Assembly: GCA_965197585.1 (NCBI GenBank) | Contig: OZ240215.1 | Location: 1,280,001-1,344,000 of the forward strand | DNA from: Dehalococcoidia bacterium | Lineage (GTDB): Bacteria > Chloroflexota > Dehalococcoidia > Plut-88900 | Direction of reading: 5' to 3' | Length of the DNA stretch: 64,000 nucleotides | In this document: in pieces, positions 28,318-38,143 of the stretch | How positions within the stretch are numbered: position 1 is the stretch's first letter | Layout: every line of letters begins with the position of its first letter | Translations under genes and position numbers: made by a program | Notes under the pieces: generated by a model | The model's input: only the letters and a program-made list of their open reading frames with translations | Told to the model about the DNA's origin: nothing | Databases searched by the model: none

Positions 28318-29715
28318 ATGGGCGGCCAAGGCCGGTTAGTAGTAGTCTCCAACAGGGCCCCTTCCGTATCGACGCCCTCCACCACGGAAGAGCGGCGAAA
28401 CCTCCCCGTCGGTGGGCTGGTCAGCGCCCTCCGTCCTGCCCTCGAGAGCCGAGACGGCCTCTGGATGGGCTGGAGCGGGGAGACCGAGGTCGCAAATAGC
28501 GATGCCCGACTCTCAATCTCGGAAGTAGAGGGCATCAGCCTCGCCTCCTTATCCCTTTCCCGGGATGAAGTCGAGCACTTCTACGACATCTTCTCGAACC
28601 AAACCCTCTGGCCTCTCCTCCACTCCTTCCCCGGCAAGGCAACCATCCGCCACGAAAGCTACCAAGTCTACCGCAGCGTTAACCGCAAATACGCCGCCGC
28701 CCTCATCGATCTCCTGAAGCCCGGCGACCTGGTCTGGGTCCACGACTACCACCTCTTCCCCCTGGGCCGAGAACTTAGGAAGCTCGGATGGACGGGTAAA
28801 ATCGGCTTCTTCCTCCACAGCCCCTTTCCACCGTCCGAAATCTTCGGCATCCTCCCATGGGCCCGAAAGCTCCTCACCCGCCTCTTCGACTACGACATTG
28901 TCGGCCTGCAGACCCGTAAGTATGCCCACAACCTTCAGGAGTCGATGGGCGACGAGATCAGAGCAGTGCTAATCGGAGATACCCTCCACTATCGGGACCG
29001 TACCCTCAAAGTCCGTTCCTACCCCGTCAGTACCGACGTCGAAGCCTTCCGCTCAATGGCCCTGAACAAAGATCCAAGCCCTGTCGTTGATTTCCTCGAA
29101 GAATACTCAAAGGACAGAAAAATCCTTCTTGGAGTCGACCGTCTTGACTACACCAAGGGAATCGCCCTGCGGATGCAGGCCATGGAACGTCTGCTGGACA
29201 CCCACCCCAAACTTCGCGGGAATGTCACTCTAATCCAGATTTCGGCCCCCAGCCGAGTCAACGTCCCGGAATACGCCCAGGAGCGCGCCCAGCTCGACTC
29301 CCTTGTCGGCCAAATCAACGGCAAGTTCGGAGAGGCCCATTGGATGCCCATTCACCCCCTCCACCGTTCCTATTCCCAACAGGACTTGGCCCACTTCTAC
29401 CGGGAAGCCGACGCCTGTCTCGTCACCCCTCTTCGGGATGGTATGAACCTCGTTGCCAAGGAGTTCGTCGCCTCCCAGACCTCCGACCCCGGAGTCCTCG
29501 TCCTCTCCCGCTTCTGCGGCGCCGCAGAGACGATGCAGGACGCTCTAATGGTCAATCCCTACGACGTTCAGCGCACCGCAGCCATGCTTCACCGCGCCCT
29601 GACTATGGACAAGGAAGAACGTCAGCGCCGCTGGGAAGCTCTTTTCCAGGGCATAAGCAGGCACACCGCCGAAGACTGGTGCTACGGTTTCCTCTCCGAC
29701 CTCGGAGACGAATAG
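28318..29715 (+). CDS. otsA: Trehalose-6-phosphate synthase
   Basis: [40 protein letters not shown]. Confidence 0.93.
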   Translation: MGGQGRLVVVSNRAPSVSTPSTTEERRNLPVGGLVSALRPALESRDGLWMGWSGETEVANSDARLSISEVEGISLASLSLSRDEVEHFYDIFSNQTLWPLLHSFPGKATIRHESYQVYRSVNRKYAAALIDLLKPGDLVWVHDYHLFPLGRELRKLGWTGKIGFFLHSPFPPSEIFGILPWARKLLTRLFDYDIVGLQTRKYAHNLQESMGDEIRAVLIGDTLHYRDRTLKVRSYPVSTDVEAFRSMALNKDPSPVVDFLEEYSKDRKILLGVDRLDYTKGIALRMQAMERLLDTHPKLRGNVTLIQISAPSRVNVPEYAQERAQLDSLVGQINGKFGEAHWMPIHPLHRSYSQQDLAHFYREADACLVTPLRDGMNLVAKEFVASQTSDPGVLVLSRFCGAAETMQDALMVNPYDVQRTAAMLHRALTMDKEERQRRWEALFQGISRHTAEDWCYGFLSDLGDE

Positions 29716-30533
29716 GCCATCCAACGCAGGAACTCCTCCACTTCCCCCCGCCCCTCCAGCCGGTAGTCGGCCTTTTGCAACACTGCTTTCGGCGTCTCAT
29801 CGTCCACCACGGCCACCGCCGCCCCCCTGAAACCCCTCCCCAAAACTGCATCGTGCACCGCATCAAAAGCATCACAATCCGTAACGTCGTCCCCTAGGAC
29901 TATCGCACCCGTTAATCCAAACTCTCGCACCAACCGACTCACTGCCGTGCCTTTGTTCACCTCGGCTTTTGGCCTCGCCTCCACCACCATCTTCCCTTCC
30001 TTGATCGCCAGACCACGGGTCTCGACGAAGGAGCGCATCATTTTAAGCACCGCGCCCCGGGCCTCTGCCGGGTCAGGAGCGTTACGGTAATGCACAGCCA
30101 CGTTCATCCCCTTGTCCTCTACGTACAACCCCCTGATCCCGAGCCCCTCAACCCCCGTCCGCACCTCACCCAACAGCTCCCTATCCACTTCGGCATTCGC
30201 CTCCGGTTCCAGTCTCCCCACCCCCCACACCTCCATCCCGTGATTCCCCACGTAGGTCACCCCTCCCAGCCCCACCACCCCCCGCAGGAACCCCACCCCC
30301 CTCCCCGACACCACCGCCACCATATCCAACTTCTCCGCCAATACCACTAACAGGTCCCTGATGCTCGATTCAAGCACCGTATCCCGAGGATCATCGAAAA
30401 TTGGCGTAAGCGTCCCATCAAAATCACTGAACACCCCGACTCTCTCAGCACTCAGGATGTGAGACAGCTCGCCCAGATGGTCGAGAGCACGCGGGGGATG
30501 CAAAACGTCTCCGGTACACCCTTCTCTATTCAA
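29682..30533 (-). CDS. otsB: Trehalose-6-phosphate phosphatase
   Basis: DFDGTL, VVSGR, GNHG, HYR, GKMVVE, NKG, GDDVTD. Confidence 0.93.
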   Translation of the reverse strand: MNREGCTGDVLHPPRALDHLGELSHILSAERVGVFSDFDGTLTPIFDDPRDTVLESSIRDLLVVLAEKLDMVAVVSGRGVGFLRGVVGLGGVTYVGNHGMEVWGVGRLEPEANAEVDRELLGEVRTGVEGLGIRGLYVEDKGMNVAVHYRNAPDPAEARGAVLKMMRSFVETRGLAIKEGKMVVEARPKAEVNKGTAVSRLVREFGLTGAIVLGDDVTDCDAFDAVHDAVLGRGFRGAAVAVVDDETPKAVLQKADYRLEGRGEVEEFLRWMAYSSPRSERKP

Positions 30534-30632
30534 TAGGCTTTTGCCCAGCCCTTCTCAAAGGGTTGGGCGGAGCATGCGGTTCCCTCTCGCTTGATGAGAC
30601 CTTTGCAAAAGCCGCATTGGAGGGGCCTGGGC

Positions 30633-30663
30633 CGCTCGTGCTGAGGCTCTCGAAGTATAAGCG
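30633..30663 (+). repeat. CGCTC-GTGCTGAG...TCGAAGTAT-RAGCG palindromic mini-element
   Basis: Near-identical copy at 54025-54056; related copies at 15938-15970 and 47168-47197 (inverted). Confidence 0.75.
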
Positions 30664-30794
30664 AGGGGTGGGATCTGGACAGTACCACAGAAGCAATCTG
30701 TAGTTGTGTACAGGCCTCTCAATGGGTCCCCGAGGCGTGAGAGGGCTAGGGCTGTAGACTCGCCAAGAAGACTGAGGGTGATCCCAAGACATAT

Positions 30795-33700
30795 TCAACG
30801 CCGAGCCACTACAACCTCGCGCCTTCCCCCCACTGCTTGCACCTCACCCTCCGGCACATCTATCTGCCCTATAACCCTCTCCAGCATCCGCTGCCACCCC
30901 TTCATTGTCATGTCCATGTCGATTCTCACCTGCCTGCTCCCGACCCTCACCCGTCTCCCCACCCCCTGCATCCCCCGTCCGTCGACACGCGACTCCGGCC
31001 CCAGAAACACGACTACCTGTTTCCCTTCCCGCGCTATCCTCATTATCCCCCGCTGCGACGCCATAAGCTTAAGCTTAAGCAAATACAGAAGGTTCTCTAC
31101 CTCCGTGGGCCGGGCCCCGAACCGGTCCTGCATCTCCCTCGCCAGGTCGTCTACACCCGTAGTCTCCCTCATTCTGGCCAATCTCTGGTACAGGGCGAGC
31201 CTCACCTCCAGACCCGGCACATAGTCCTCAGGCAGATAGGCGGGGACCGGAATGTCCACGGATGTCGCGTTGTCCAGGGGTAGCACAAGGTTCGTAGAAC
31301 CGTTCGCCTCCATGCCCGTAAACCCGAGCTCCTTCAGTTCTTCTATTGCCCTGGCCAACATCGCACAGTACAGGTCGAACCCCACCGCTGCGATATGGCC
31401 GCTCTGCTCGACTCCCAGCAGGTTCCCCGCCCCCCTGATCTCCAGGTCCTTCATAGCAATCCTGAATCCTGCCCCAAGCTCCGTGGCCGCCTGGATCGCT
31501 TTCAACCGCTTCTCCGCCACCTCGCTCATCGCCCTGTACCGGTCGAAGAAGAAATAGGCGTAGGCCCGGTCCGCCCCCCTTCCCACCCGTCCCCGCAGCT
31601 GGTATAGCTGAGACAACCCCATCCTCTCCGCCTGGTGCACGATAATCGTGTTCACGTTGGGCATGTCCAGCCCCGACTCGATGATCGTCGTACAAACTAG
31701 GACGTCGTAGTCCTTGGCCGCGAAGTCCAGCATCACCTTTTCCAGCTGTCTTTCGTGCATCTGCCCGTGTCCCACGGCCACCCGCGCCTCCGGCACGAGC
31801 TTGCGCAGCCTCTGCGCCAACGCCTCGATGCTCTGCACCCGGTTGTGCACGAAGAATATCTGCCCGCCCCTATCGATCTCCCTGATCACCGCTTCCCGCA
31901 CTACCTCGTCGTCGTATTCCTGCACGTAGGTCCTGATTGGCAGCCGCTCCTCGGGGGGAGTCTCCATCGTGCTCATGTCCCGCACACCCACCAACGACAT
32001 ATGCAGAGTCCGAGGTATCGGCGTTGCGCTCAGTGTCAGCACGTCCACCTCCTCCCTCATCTTCTTCAGCTTTTCCTTGTGCGCCACCCCGAACCGCTGC
32101 TCCTCGTCAATGACCACCAGCCCCAGGTCTTTGAACTCGACGTCCTTCTGCAACAGCCTGTGCGTCCCGATGCACACGTCCACCGATCCCTCTTCCAACC
32201 TCGCCAACACCGACTTCTGCTCCCGCGCCGACCGGAACCGGCTCAGCACCTCAATCTCTACCGGAAAGGCCTTGAGTCTCTGCCGAAAAGTTTGAAGGTG
32301 CTGCTGGGCCAGCACGGTGGTCGGCACAAGCACCGCGACCTGCCTCCCGTCCAACACTGCCTTGAACGCTGCCCTCACCGCCACCTCCGTTTTGCCATAG
32401 CCCACGTCCCCACAGACCAGCCTGTCCATGGGCCTCGCTTGCTCCATGTCCCGCTTCACGTCTCGGATCGTATCCATCTGGTCCGGGGTTTCGACGTACG
32501 GGAACGAGGCCTCCATTTCCTGCAGCCACGAGTTGTCCTGCGAATAGGCGAAGCCATTCTTCATCTCCCGCTTGGCGTACAGGGACAACAGTTCTCGGGC
32601 TATCTTCTCCGCCGATTCCTTGACCTTCCTCTTCGCCCGACCCCACTCCTGCGTCCCGAGCCGGCTCATCGCCGGAGGCCCTTCCCCCGACCCTATGTAA
32701 GGCGTCACCCGGTCCACGCTGTCGTTCGGCACGTAGAGCCGGGCGCTGTCTGCATATTCGATTGTCAGGTATTCCCGCTCCCCCTCGTCCCGCCTCATCG
32801 TCGTGACCCCCACGAACCTCCCTATCCCATGGTCGATGTGAACCACGTAGTCCCCAACCGCGATGTCCGAAGCAAAAGCCTCCTTCCGCAAAGGCCTCCG
32901 CCTCGACGCTCGTCTCTGCTTCACATACCCGAATATCTCCTTGTCCGTGAAGAGGATCAGGGATTTCTTCTTGCCGTCCGCCTTCAGCGTCCATCCCTCT
33001 GCCAGGGCCCCCTGCACCAGCTTCGGAGTACCGGGAACGGGAGGCTCGGAGACTGCGGTTGTTACTGGGACGAATATGTCCACCTCTGCGAGAAGTTCTG
33101 ACAGCCTTTCGGCCTGGTGGCTTACTATCGATACCCGCTGCCCTTCTTCCAGCATTCCCCTTAGATCCCGGAGGAAATATCTCAGATGCCCCCCGAAGTT
33201 AGGCGTTGGCGCGAACCCCATCATCTCCGCCCCCGACTCCCCAGCCCTCTCCCAACCTTCCAGCCGCGCCACGCTGCCGGCCCCTTCCAGTGATTTTTGT
33301 ATCTCGCTCCATTCAGGATAAGCGGGGGATAGGTTAGGAGGCAGTTCCCCCTTCTCGATCCGCGAGGCCCAGAGCTCCTGCGCCTGCTCCAGCAGTTCAG
33401 CATAGCCATTCTCCAGCGAGACCCCACCGTCCAACAAAACAACCGCATTTTTCGGGAGATATTCCAGGAAGCTGCCCTTCAGGAACAGCTGCGCGTACGC
33501 TTCTCTACCCTCCACCCCCACCCCCGATGCGTAGGCTTCCAGCTCCCTGTTAAACCTGGCCGCCACCTCTGCCGGACACCCCGACAGATCTATAGATGCC
33601 GCCACCTCCTCAAGCGTCGGCCCCGACTCACCATCGTACAACGACTCCCTCGCAGGCCCGATCCCCACGGAGTTCAGGTTCTCCACCGAGGCCTGCGTTC

Positions 33701-34355
33701 CCGGATCAAATCCGCGCACGCTCTCCACTTCATCTCCAAAGAAGTCCAAGCGAATCGGCCGGTCCTCCGTCGGGGGATACACGTCGATGATGCCGCCGCG
33801 ACGCGTGTAAGTACCCGGCACCTCAACCGCGGCATCGTGCTCGTAACCCGCGGCCATCAGCCGCTCAATCAGCTCCCGCGGGGCTATGCGTCCACCCGCC
33901 CTCACCTTAAATCCCAATTCCACGTAGCGTTGTGGTGACAGGGTTTTCAATGCCAGTGCAGGGACACTGGTCACTATCACGGGCGCGGTGCGGCGAGTGA
34001 CCTTGACCAGCAAGTCAAGCACCCGGATACGGTCCAGTGCGATGGATGGGTCCCACCCCCGAGACTCGTAAGGCAAAGTGTCTGGTTCCGGAAACAGATG
34101 GACGTTTTCAGGGGTAGACGACCAGAGGGAGACCTGTTCGTAGAGAGCGGTTGCACTGGCGTCCCGGGGCGTTACCACCACTATGGGCCGCCCCAGCTTA
34201 CTTCTTAGCGCTGCAACCAGGCACGGTTTGGCCGAATCCAGCGCCACCCCCGACCACACCACCCCCGGCCCTTTCGCCCTGGACGCGACTGATCTACCGA
34301 GGCCCGCAAAAGAGGGGTCCCGGGTCACCTGGTCGATCAGGCCCGTTAGGTCCAT
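30795..34355 (-). CDS. mfd: Transcription-repair coupling factor
   Basis: RGGIIDVYP, GDYVVHIDHGIG, CGDVGYGKTEVA, DEEQRFG, QLRGRVGR, DLEIRGAGNLLG, TRCF domain. Confidence 0.97.
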   Translation of the reverse strand: MDLTGLIDQVTRDPSFAGLGRSVASRAKGPGVVWSGVALDSAKPCLVAALRSKLGRPIVVVTPRDASATALYEQVSLWSSTPENVHLFPEPDTLPYESRGWDPSIALDRIRVLDLLVKVTRRTAPVIVTSVPALALKTLSPQRYVELGFKVRAGGRIAPRELIERLMAAGYEHDAAVEVPGTYTRRGGIIDVYPPTEDRPIRLDFFGDEVESVRGFDPGTQASVENLNSVGIGPARESLYDGESGPTLEEVAASIDLSGCPAEVAARFNRELEAYASGVGVEGREAYAQLFLKGSFLEYLPKNAVVLLDGGVSLENGYAELLEQAQELWASRIEKGELPPNLSPAYPEWSEIQKSLEGAGSVARLEGWERAGESGAEMMGFAPTPNFGGHLRYFLRDLRGMLEEGQRVSIVSHQAERLSELLAEVDIFVPVTTAVSEPPVPGTPKLVQGALAEGWTLKADGKKKSLILFTDKEIFGYVKQRRASRRRPLRKEAFASDIAVGDYVVHIDHGIGRFVGVTTMRRDEGEREYLTIEYADSARLYVPNDSVDRVTPYIGSGEGPPAMSRLGTQEWGRAKRKVKESAEKIARELLSLYAKREMKNGFAYSQDNSWLQEMEASFPYVETPDQMDTIRDVKRDMEQARPMDRLVCGDVGYGKTEVAVRAAFKAVLDGRQVAVLVPTTVLAQQHLQTFRQRLKAFPVEIEVLSRFRSAREQKSVLARLEEGSVDVCIGTHRLLQKDVEFKDLGLVVIDEEQRFGVAHKEKLKKMREEVDVLTLSATPIPRTLHMSLVGVRDMSTMETPPEERLPIRTYVQEYDDEVVREAVIREIDRGGQIFFVHNRVQSIEALAQRLRKLVPEARVAVGHGQMHERQLEKVMLDFAAKDYDVLVCTTIIESGLDMPNVNTIIVHQAERMGLSQLYQLRGRVGRGADRAYAYFFFDRYRAMSEVAEKRLKAIQAATELGAGFRIAMKDLEIRGAGNLLGVEQSGHIAAVGFDLYCAMLARAIEELKELGFTGMEANGSTNLVLPLDNATSVDIPVPAYLPEDYVPGLEVRLALYQRLARMRETTGVDDLAREMQDRFGARPTEVENLLYLLKLKLMASQRGIMRIAREGKQVVVFLGPESRVDGRGMQGVGRRVRVGSRQVRIDMDMTMKGWQRMLERVIGQIDVPEGEVQAVGGRREVVVARR

Positions 34356-34505
34356 ACGATGGGAGTCCAAAAGCCGCGCAAAGGATTCTAACAAATGTGC
34401 GCAAGAAAGTAAGGAACGTAATGGTCGTGATTTCTTTGGGGCAGGCGTACGCCCGGCTATAATGTGTCTGTACGCCGCTTCACAGCACCCTATAGGAGGC
34501 CATCG

Positions 34506-35762
34506 ATGAGCACCGAGGCCACAATTATCAGCATCTCGCTTATTGCGTTCTTTATGGTGCTGTCAGCCTTCTTCTCCAGCTCCGAGACAGCTTTCATGTC
34601 TCTCCAGCGGGTGAGGATACTCCACCTTGCCAACATAGGCCGGGCCGGAGCCAAGAAGATGCTGGACAGAATGGACCAGCCCGAGCGGACCCTATCCACC
34701 GTCCTCCTGGGTAACAATCTAGTCAACATCGCCGCCGCGGCGGTCGGTACAGCCCTCGCGGTGGCGTGGCTTGGGGAAAACCTGGGGATCGCAGTGGCTA
34801 CTTTGGGCATAGCGTTCCTCCTTCTCGTCTTCAGCGAAGTCATTCCCAAGACCTTTGCAACCCGCCACGCCGAGTGGCTTGCCTTCCGTTACCTCAGACC
34901 CTTCGCCTTGGTGGAAGTCTTACTCCTGCCCGTCTCCGTCTTCCTGGAGCTCATCGGACGCGGCATTATCAGCCTGAGTGGGGGGCGGATTGGCGCTAGA
35001 AACCTGGTCAGCGCCGAGGTCCTCCGATCCGTCATATCCGTAGGTCGGGAGCACGGCGCCGTCGACCGCGAAGAGGCCAAGATGCTCCAGAACGTTCTTG
35101 TTTTCAGGGACCGCCTCGTCAAAGAGGTGATGACCCCGCGCACCGAAATGGTGTGGCTCGACGAGGACACCACCCTTACCACTTTCCTGGACGAATACGA
35201 CACCGCCCCCCTCTCCCGATTCCCGGTCTACAAAGAGGCCTACGACAACGTAGTCGGTATCCTGCACACCCGGGACGTCATCAGAGCCCTGCACGGCGGC
35301 CAGGTCCAGTCCGACAGCATGCTCATCGAGCTAGTCCGCCCGATCCAGTTCGTACCAGAGACCAAGCGCCTCGGCGACCTCTTCTTCGAAATGCGCTCCT
35401 CCGGCCAACAGATGTACCTCGTCGTAGACGAATACGGGGGGGTGTCGGGGCTCGTAACCAACCAGCAGCTTGTCGCCGCCATCATGGGTCGAGTCGCGGA
35501 CGACGAGGCCGGTCGGGACGAAGTCGAAGAGCTCGAGTCCGGTGCCTTCCAGGTTGACGGTGGAATGCCTATCCAGGAAGCCAACGAGACCCTCGGCTTG
35601 AATATCCCCGACGGTGACTACGAGACCATTGCCGGCTTCGCCCTCGATATCCTCGCCCACATCCCCACCGAGGGGGAAGCCTTCCGCTTCCAGGGACGCC
35701 GCATCACTGTCTCCGAAATGAAGGGTGTTAAAATCGAAAGGTTACTGGTCTCCAAACGCTAG
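34506..35762 (+). CDS. Hemolysin/CNNM family protein (DUF21-CBS-CorC)
   Basis: SAFFSSSETA, LLGNNLVNI, SEVIPK, MTPR, SRFPV, VDEYGG, YETIAG. Confidence 0.93.
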   Translation: MSTEATIISISLIAFFMVLSAFFSSSETAFMSLQRVRILHLANIGRAGAKKMLDRMDQPERTLSTVLLGNNLVNIAAAAVGTALAVAWLGENLGIAVATLGIAFLLLVFSEVIPKTFATRHAEWLAFRYLRPFALVEVLLLPVSVFLELIGRGIISLSGGRIGARNLVSAEVLRSVISVGREHGAVDREEAKMLQNVLVFRDRLVKEVMTPRTEMVWLDEDTTLTTFLDEYDTAPLSRFPVYKEAYDNVVGILHTRDVIRALHGGQVQSDSMLIELVRPIQFVPETKRLGDLFFEMRSSGQQMYLVVDEYGGVSGLVTNQQLVAAIMGRVADDEAGRDEVEELESGAFQVDGGMPIQEANETLGLNIPDGDYETIAGFALDILAHIPTEGEAFRFQGRRITVSEMKGVKIERLLVSKR

Positions 35763-35798
35763 CCCCACCTCTCCCGAATCTCATCGCCAATCACCGAT

Positions 35799-36413
35799 AT
35801 GCGAATAATCCTCGTTAGACACGGCGAAACCGACGCCAATAAGCTGGGCCGCTTCCAAGGCGCCAGCGACGCCCGGCTCAATGACACCGGTCTCTCCCAG
35901 GCCGCGGCCCTCGGACGCCGGCTTGCCTCCGAGAAGCTCGCTGCCGTCTACTGCAGCCCCCAGACCCGTGCCATCCAGACCGCAACCCCCATCGCCGAGG
36001 CCCTCGGCCTCCCCATCGAGACCTTGGACGGACTTCGTGAGCTGGATATCGGTGAACTCGACGGCCTCCAGGCCAACGACCTCCGGGAACGTTATTCCCA
36101 CATCCTCGATCAGTGGCGCACTGACGTCGGAGCCCTCACAATGCCCGGCGGGGAGTCCATTGTCGGTCTGCAGCTGCGCACGTGGGAAGCCATCCAGAAG
36201 ATTCGCGAACGCCATGAGGAAGACATCACCGTTGCCGCCATCAGCCACAATTTCGCCATACAGAGCATCCTGATCAAGGCCTTGGGTATGGATCTGCGAA
36301 ACTTCCAGCGCATTAGGCAGGACCTGGCCGCAATCAGCGAGGTCGACTTCAGGAACGGCGAGCCCTCCCTCAAGTCCCTCAATGATCGGTGCCACCTTTC
36401 GGGGCTGGCTTAA
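35799..36413 (+). CDS. Histidine phosphatase family protein
   Basis: LVRHGET, SP..RA, LRELDIG, PGGES, SH. Confidence 0.92.
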   Translation: MRIILVRHGETDANKLGRFQGASDARLNDTGLSQAAALGRRLASEKLAAVYCSPQTRAIQTATPIAEALGLPIETLDGLRELDIGELDGLQANDLRERYSHILDQWRTDVGALTMPGGESIVGLQLRTWEAIQKIRERHEEDITVAAISHNFAIQSILIKALGMDLRNFQRIRQDLAAISEVDFRNGEPSLKSLNDRCHLSGLA

Positions 36414-36437
36414 CCGAACCCCGAGGAGGCTCCTGTC

Positions 36438-37871
36438 ATCACTGGAAGTAAGAAATCCATCAGTGCGCTAGAATCGCGCGTCCGCGCGTTCATCCTCGAC
36501 CACGGCCTCGCCCACGACCCACGACCTCTTGTCCTTGGCGTCTCCGGAGGCCCCGACTCCCTATCTCTCCTCCACGCCCTACACCACCTCTCTCCCGAGC
36601 TAGGTCTCTCCCTCCACGTCGCCCACTTCAACCACGGCCTGCGTGCCGATGCCTCTGACGCCGATACCGATTTCGTTGCGTCCCAATCCGAGACCCTCGG
36701 CTTCCCCTTTTCCACCGCCAAGGAATATGTAAAGTCCCGTGCCAAGGGGCACAGCCGCTCTCTCGAAGAGCAGGCCCGTGATGCGCGCTATGATTTCCTT
36801 GCCCGCGTCGCCGCCGAGCAAAATACCTCCGGTGTCGCTGTCGCCCATACCGCCGACGACCAGGCCGAGACGGTCCTGATGCACCTGATAAGAGGGACCG
36901 GCCTCCGTGGCCTTAGGGGTATGTTCCCCGTCGTGGAAACGCAATCATTCTCCGGGCTGGACCTAAAGCTATTCCGCCCCTTGTTGTCGGTCTCCCGTCA
37001 ACAGACCGAGGACTATTGCAGAGCCTTGCGCCTTGAACCTCGTATCGACCACACTAACCTCCTCCCGGAAACGTTGCGAAACCGGATCAGGCTCGAACTA
37101 CTGCCCATGCTCAGGGAGTACAACCCCAGGTTCTCCGATGCGCTCCTCCGCCTCGCCGATTCCGCCAACCTGGACCTCTCCTTCATCGAGTCCCGCGTCG
37201 CCGCGATATGGCCGGAGGCGGTGGAAGAGATAGCCGGAGGACTATCCATATCCCGCAGAAAGCTCTCGGATATACACCCCGCCCTGCGCCGCCGAGTCCT
37301 GTCGCAAGCCTTGGAGTCGGTGTCCGGTAGCCCATTGGACATCGAAGGTGTCCACGTAAAATCGCTGGAGTCCCTGCTGACCGGAGACACTGGCTCCGAG
37401 CTTGACCTGCCCAAAGGCATCCGAGCCTCCTTAGGCTACGACCACGTCACTCTGACCAAGACGCCCACCGCACCCCCAACCCCACTTCCCGAAGAAGAAC
37501 AACCAATTGCCGTACCCGGCGAAACTTTACTGCCTGGCTGGAAGATCACAGCCACCGTCGAAGAAGCAACCTCTAGCGAATGGAATGCAGACCCATATTC
37601 CTCGCTCTTTGACATGGACAAAGTGTCGGGGCCTATCACGGTGCGTAGCCGCAAAAACGGCGACCGCTTCTCCCCCTTCGGCATGTCCGGCTCCAAAAAG
37701 CTCCAGGACTTCCTCACTGACGCCAAAGTCCCCAGAAGTCACCGCGACTCCATACCCATTGTCCTCTCCGGCGACAATATCATCTGGATAGTCGGCCACC
37801 GCCCCTCTAACCACACCAGGATCACCTCCACCACCCGACACGCCCTCCGGCTTACCTTTGAGCCCGCGTAG
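36438..37871 (+). CDS. tilS: tRNA(Ile)-lysidine synthase; probable non-canonical ATC (or GTC 36435) start
   Basis: The frame upstream of the listed ORF encodes the PP-loop GVSGGPDS, HFNHGLR, ARDARY, AHTADDQAET; then RPLL, RNRIR, KKLQDFLTDAKVP. GAGGAGG at 36423-36429. Confidence 0.93.
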   Translation: MTGSKKSISALESRVRAFILDHGLAHDPRPLVLGVSGGPDSLSLLHALHHLSPELGLSLHVAHFNHGLRADASDADTDFVASQSETLGFPFSTAKEYVKSRAKGHSRSLEEQARDARYDFLARVAAEQNTSGVAVAHTADDQAETVLMHLIRGTGLRGLRGMFPVVETQSFSGLDLKLFRPLLSVSRQQTEDYCRALRLEPRIDHTNLLPETLRNRIRLELLPMLREYNPRFSDALLRLADSANLDLSFIESRVAAIWPEAVEEIAGGLSISRRKLSDIHPALRRRVLSQALESVSGSPLDIEGVHVKSLESLLTGDTGSELDLPKGIRASLGYDHVTLTKTPTAPPTPLPEEEQPIAVPGETLLPGWKITATVEEATSSEWNADPYSSLFDMDKVSGPITVRSRKNGDRFSPFGMSGSKKLQDFLTDAKVPRSHRDSIPIVLSGDNIIWIVGHRPSNHTRITSTTRHALRLTFEPA

Positions 37872-37891
37872 GACGTGTGGATTAGATACTG

Positions 37892-37957
37892 CTTATTTGC
37901 GTTATCAGATTATATCGCTAATAAACATCTATGTAGTTTTCATTCCCGAAAATAAAG
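37892..37957 (+). repeat. Fic-flanking 65-bp repeat, copy 1
   Basis: CTTATTTGC-N16-GCTAATAA-N23-GAAAATAA. Confidence 0.75.
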
Positions 37958-38071
37958 GGGCGTACTGGCCCTCTAGGGTTTAACCCAACGAGGCCACCAG
38001 AACATCCTTCGCCTCTTCCTCATGGGTAAGGGTGTCATTTGCAAAACGCACGCATCTGCATACACAGTTGT

Positions 38072-38136
38072 CTTATTTTCACTTAAATGGCATAATGCTA
38101 ATAACGCGTCTCTAAATTAGCGGCGTTGAAAGTAAG
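38072..38136 (+). repeat. Fic-flanking 65-bp repeat, copy 2
   Basis: CTTATTTTC-N16-GCTAATAA-N23-GAAAGTAAG. Confidence 0.7.
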
Positions 38137-38143
38137 GAATCCT

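Noticed and set aside
31755-33101. Long antisense ORFs (448 aa here; also 4561-5673, 45882-46880, 58947-59615)
   Set aside because: Shadow frames of well-supported genes in GC-rich DNA, with no recognisable motifs.
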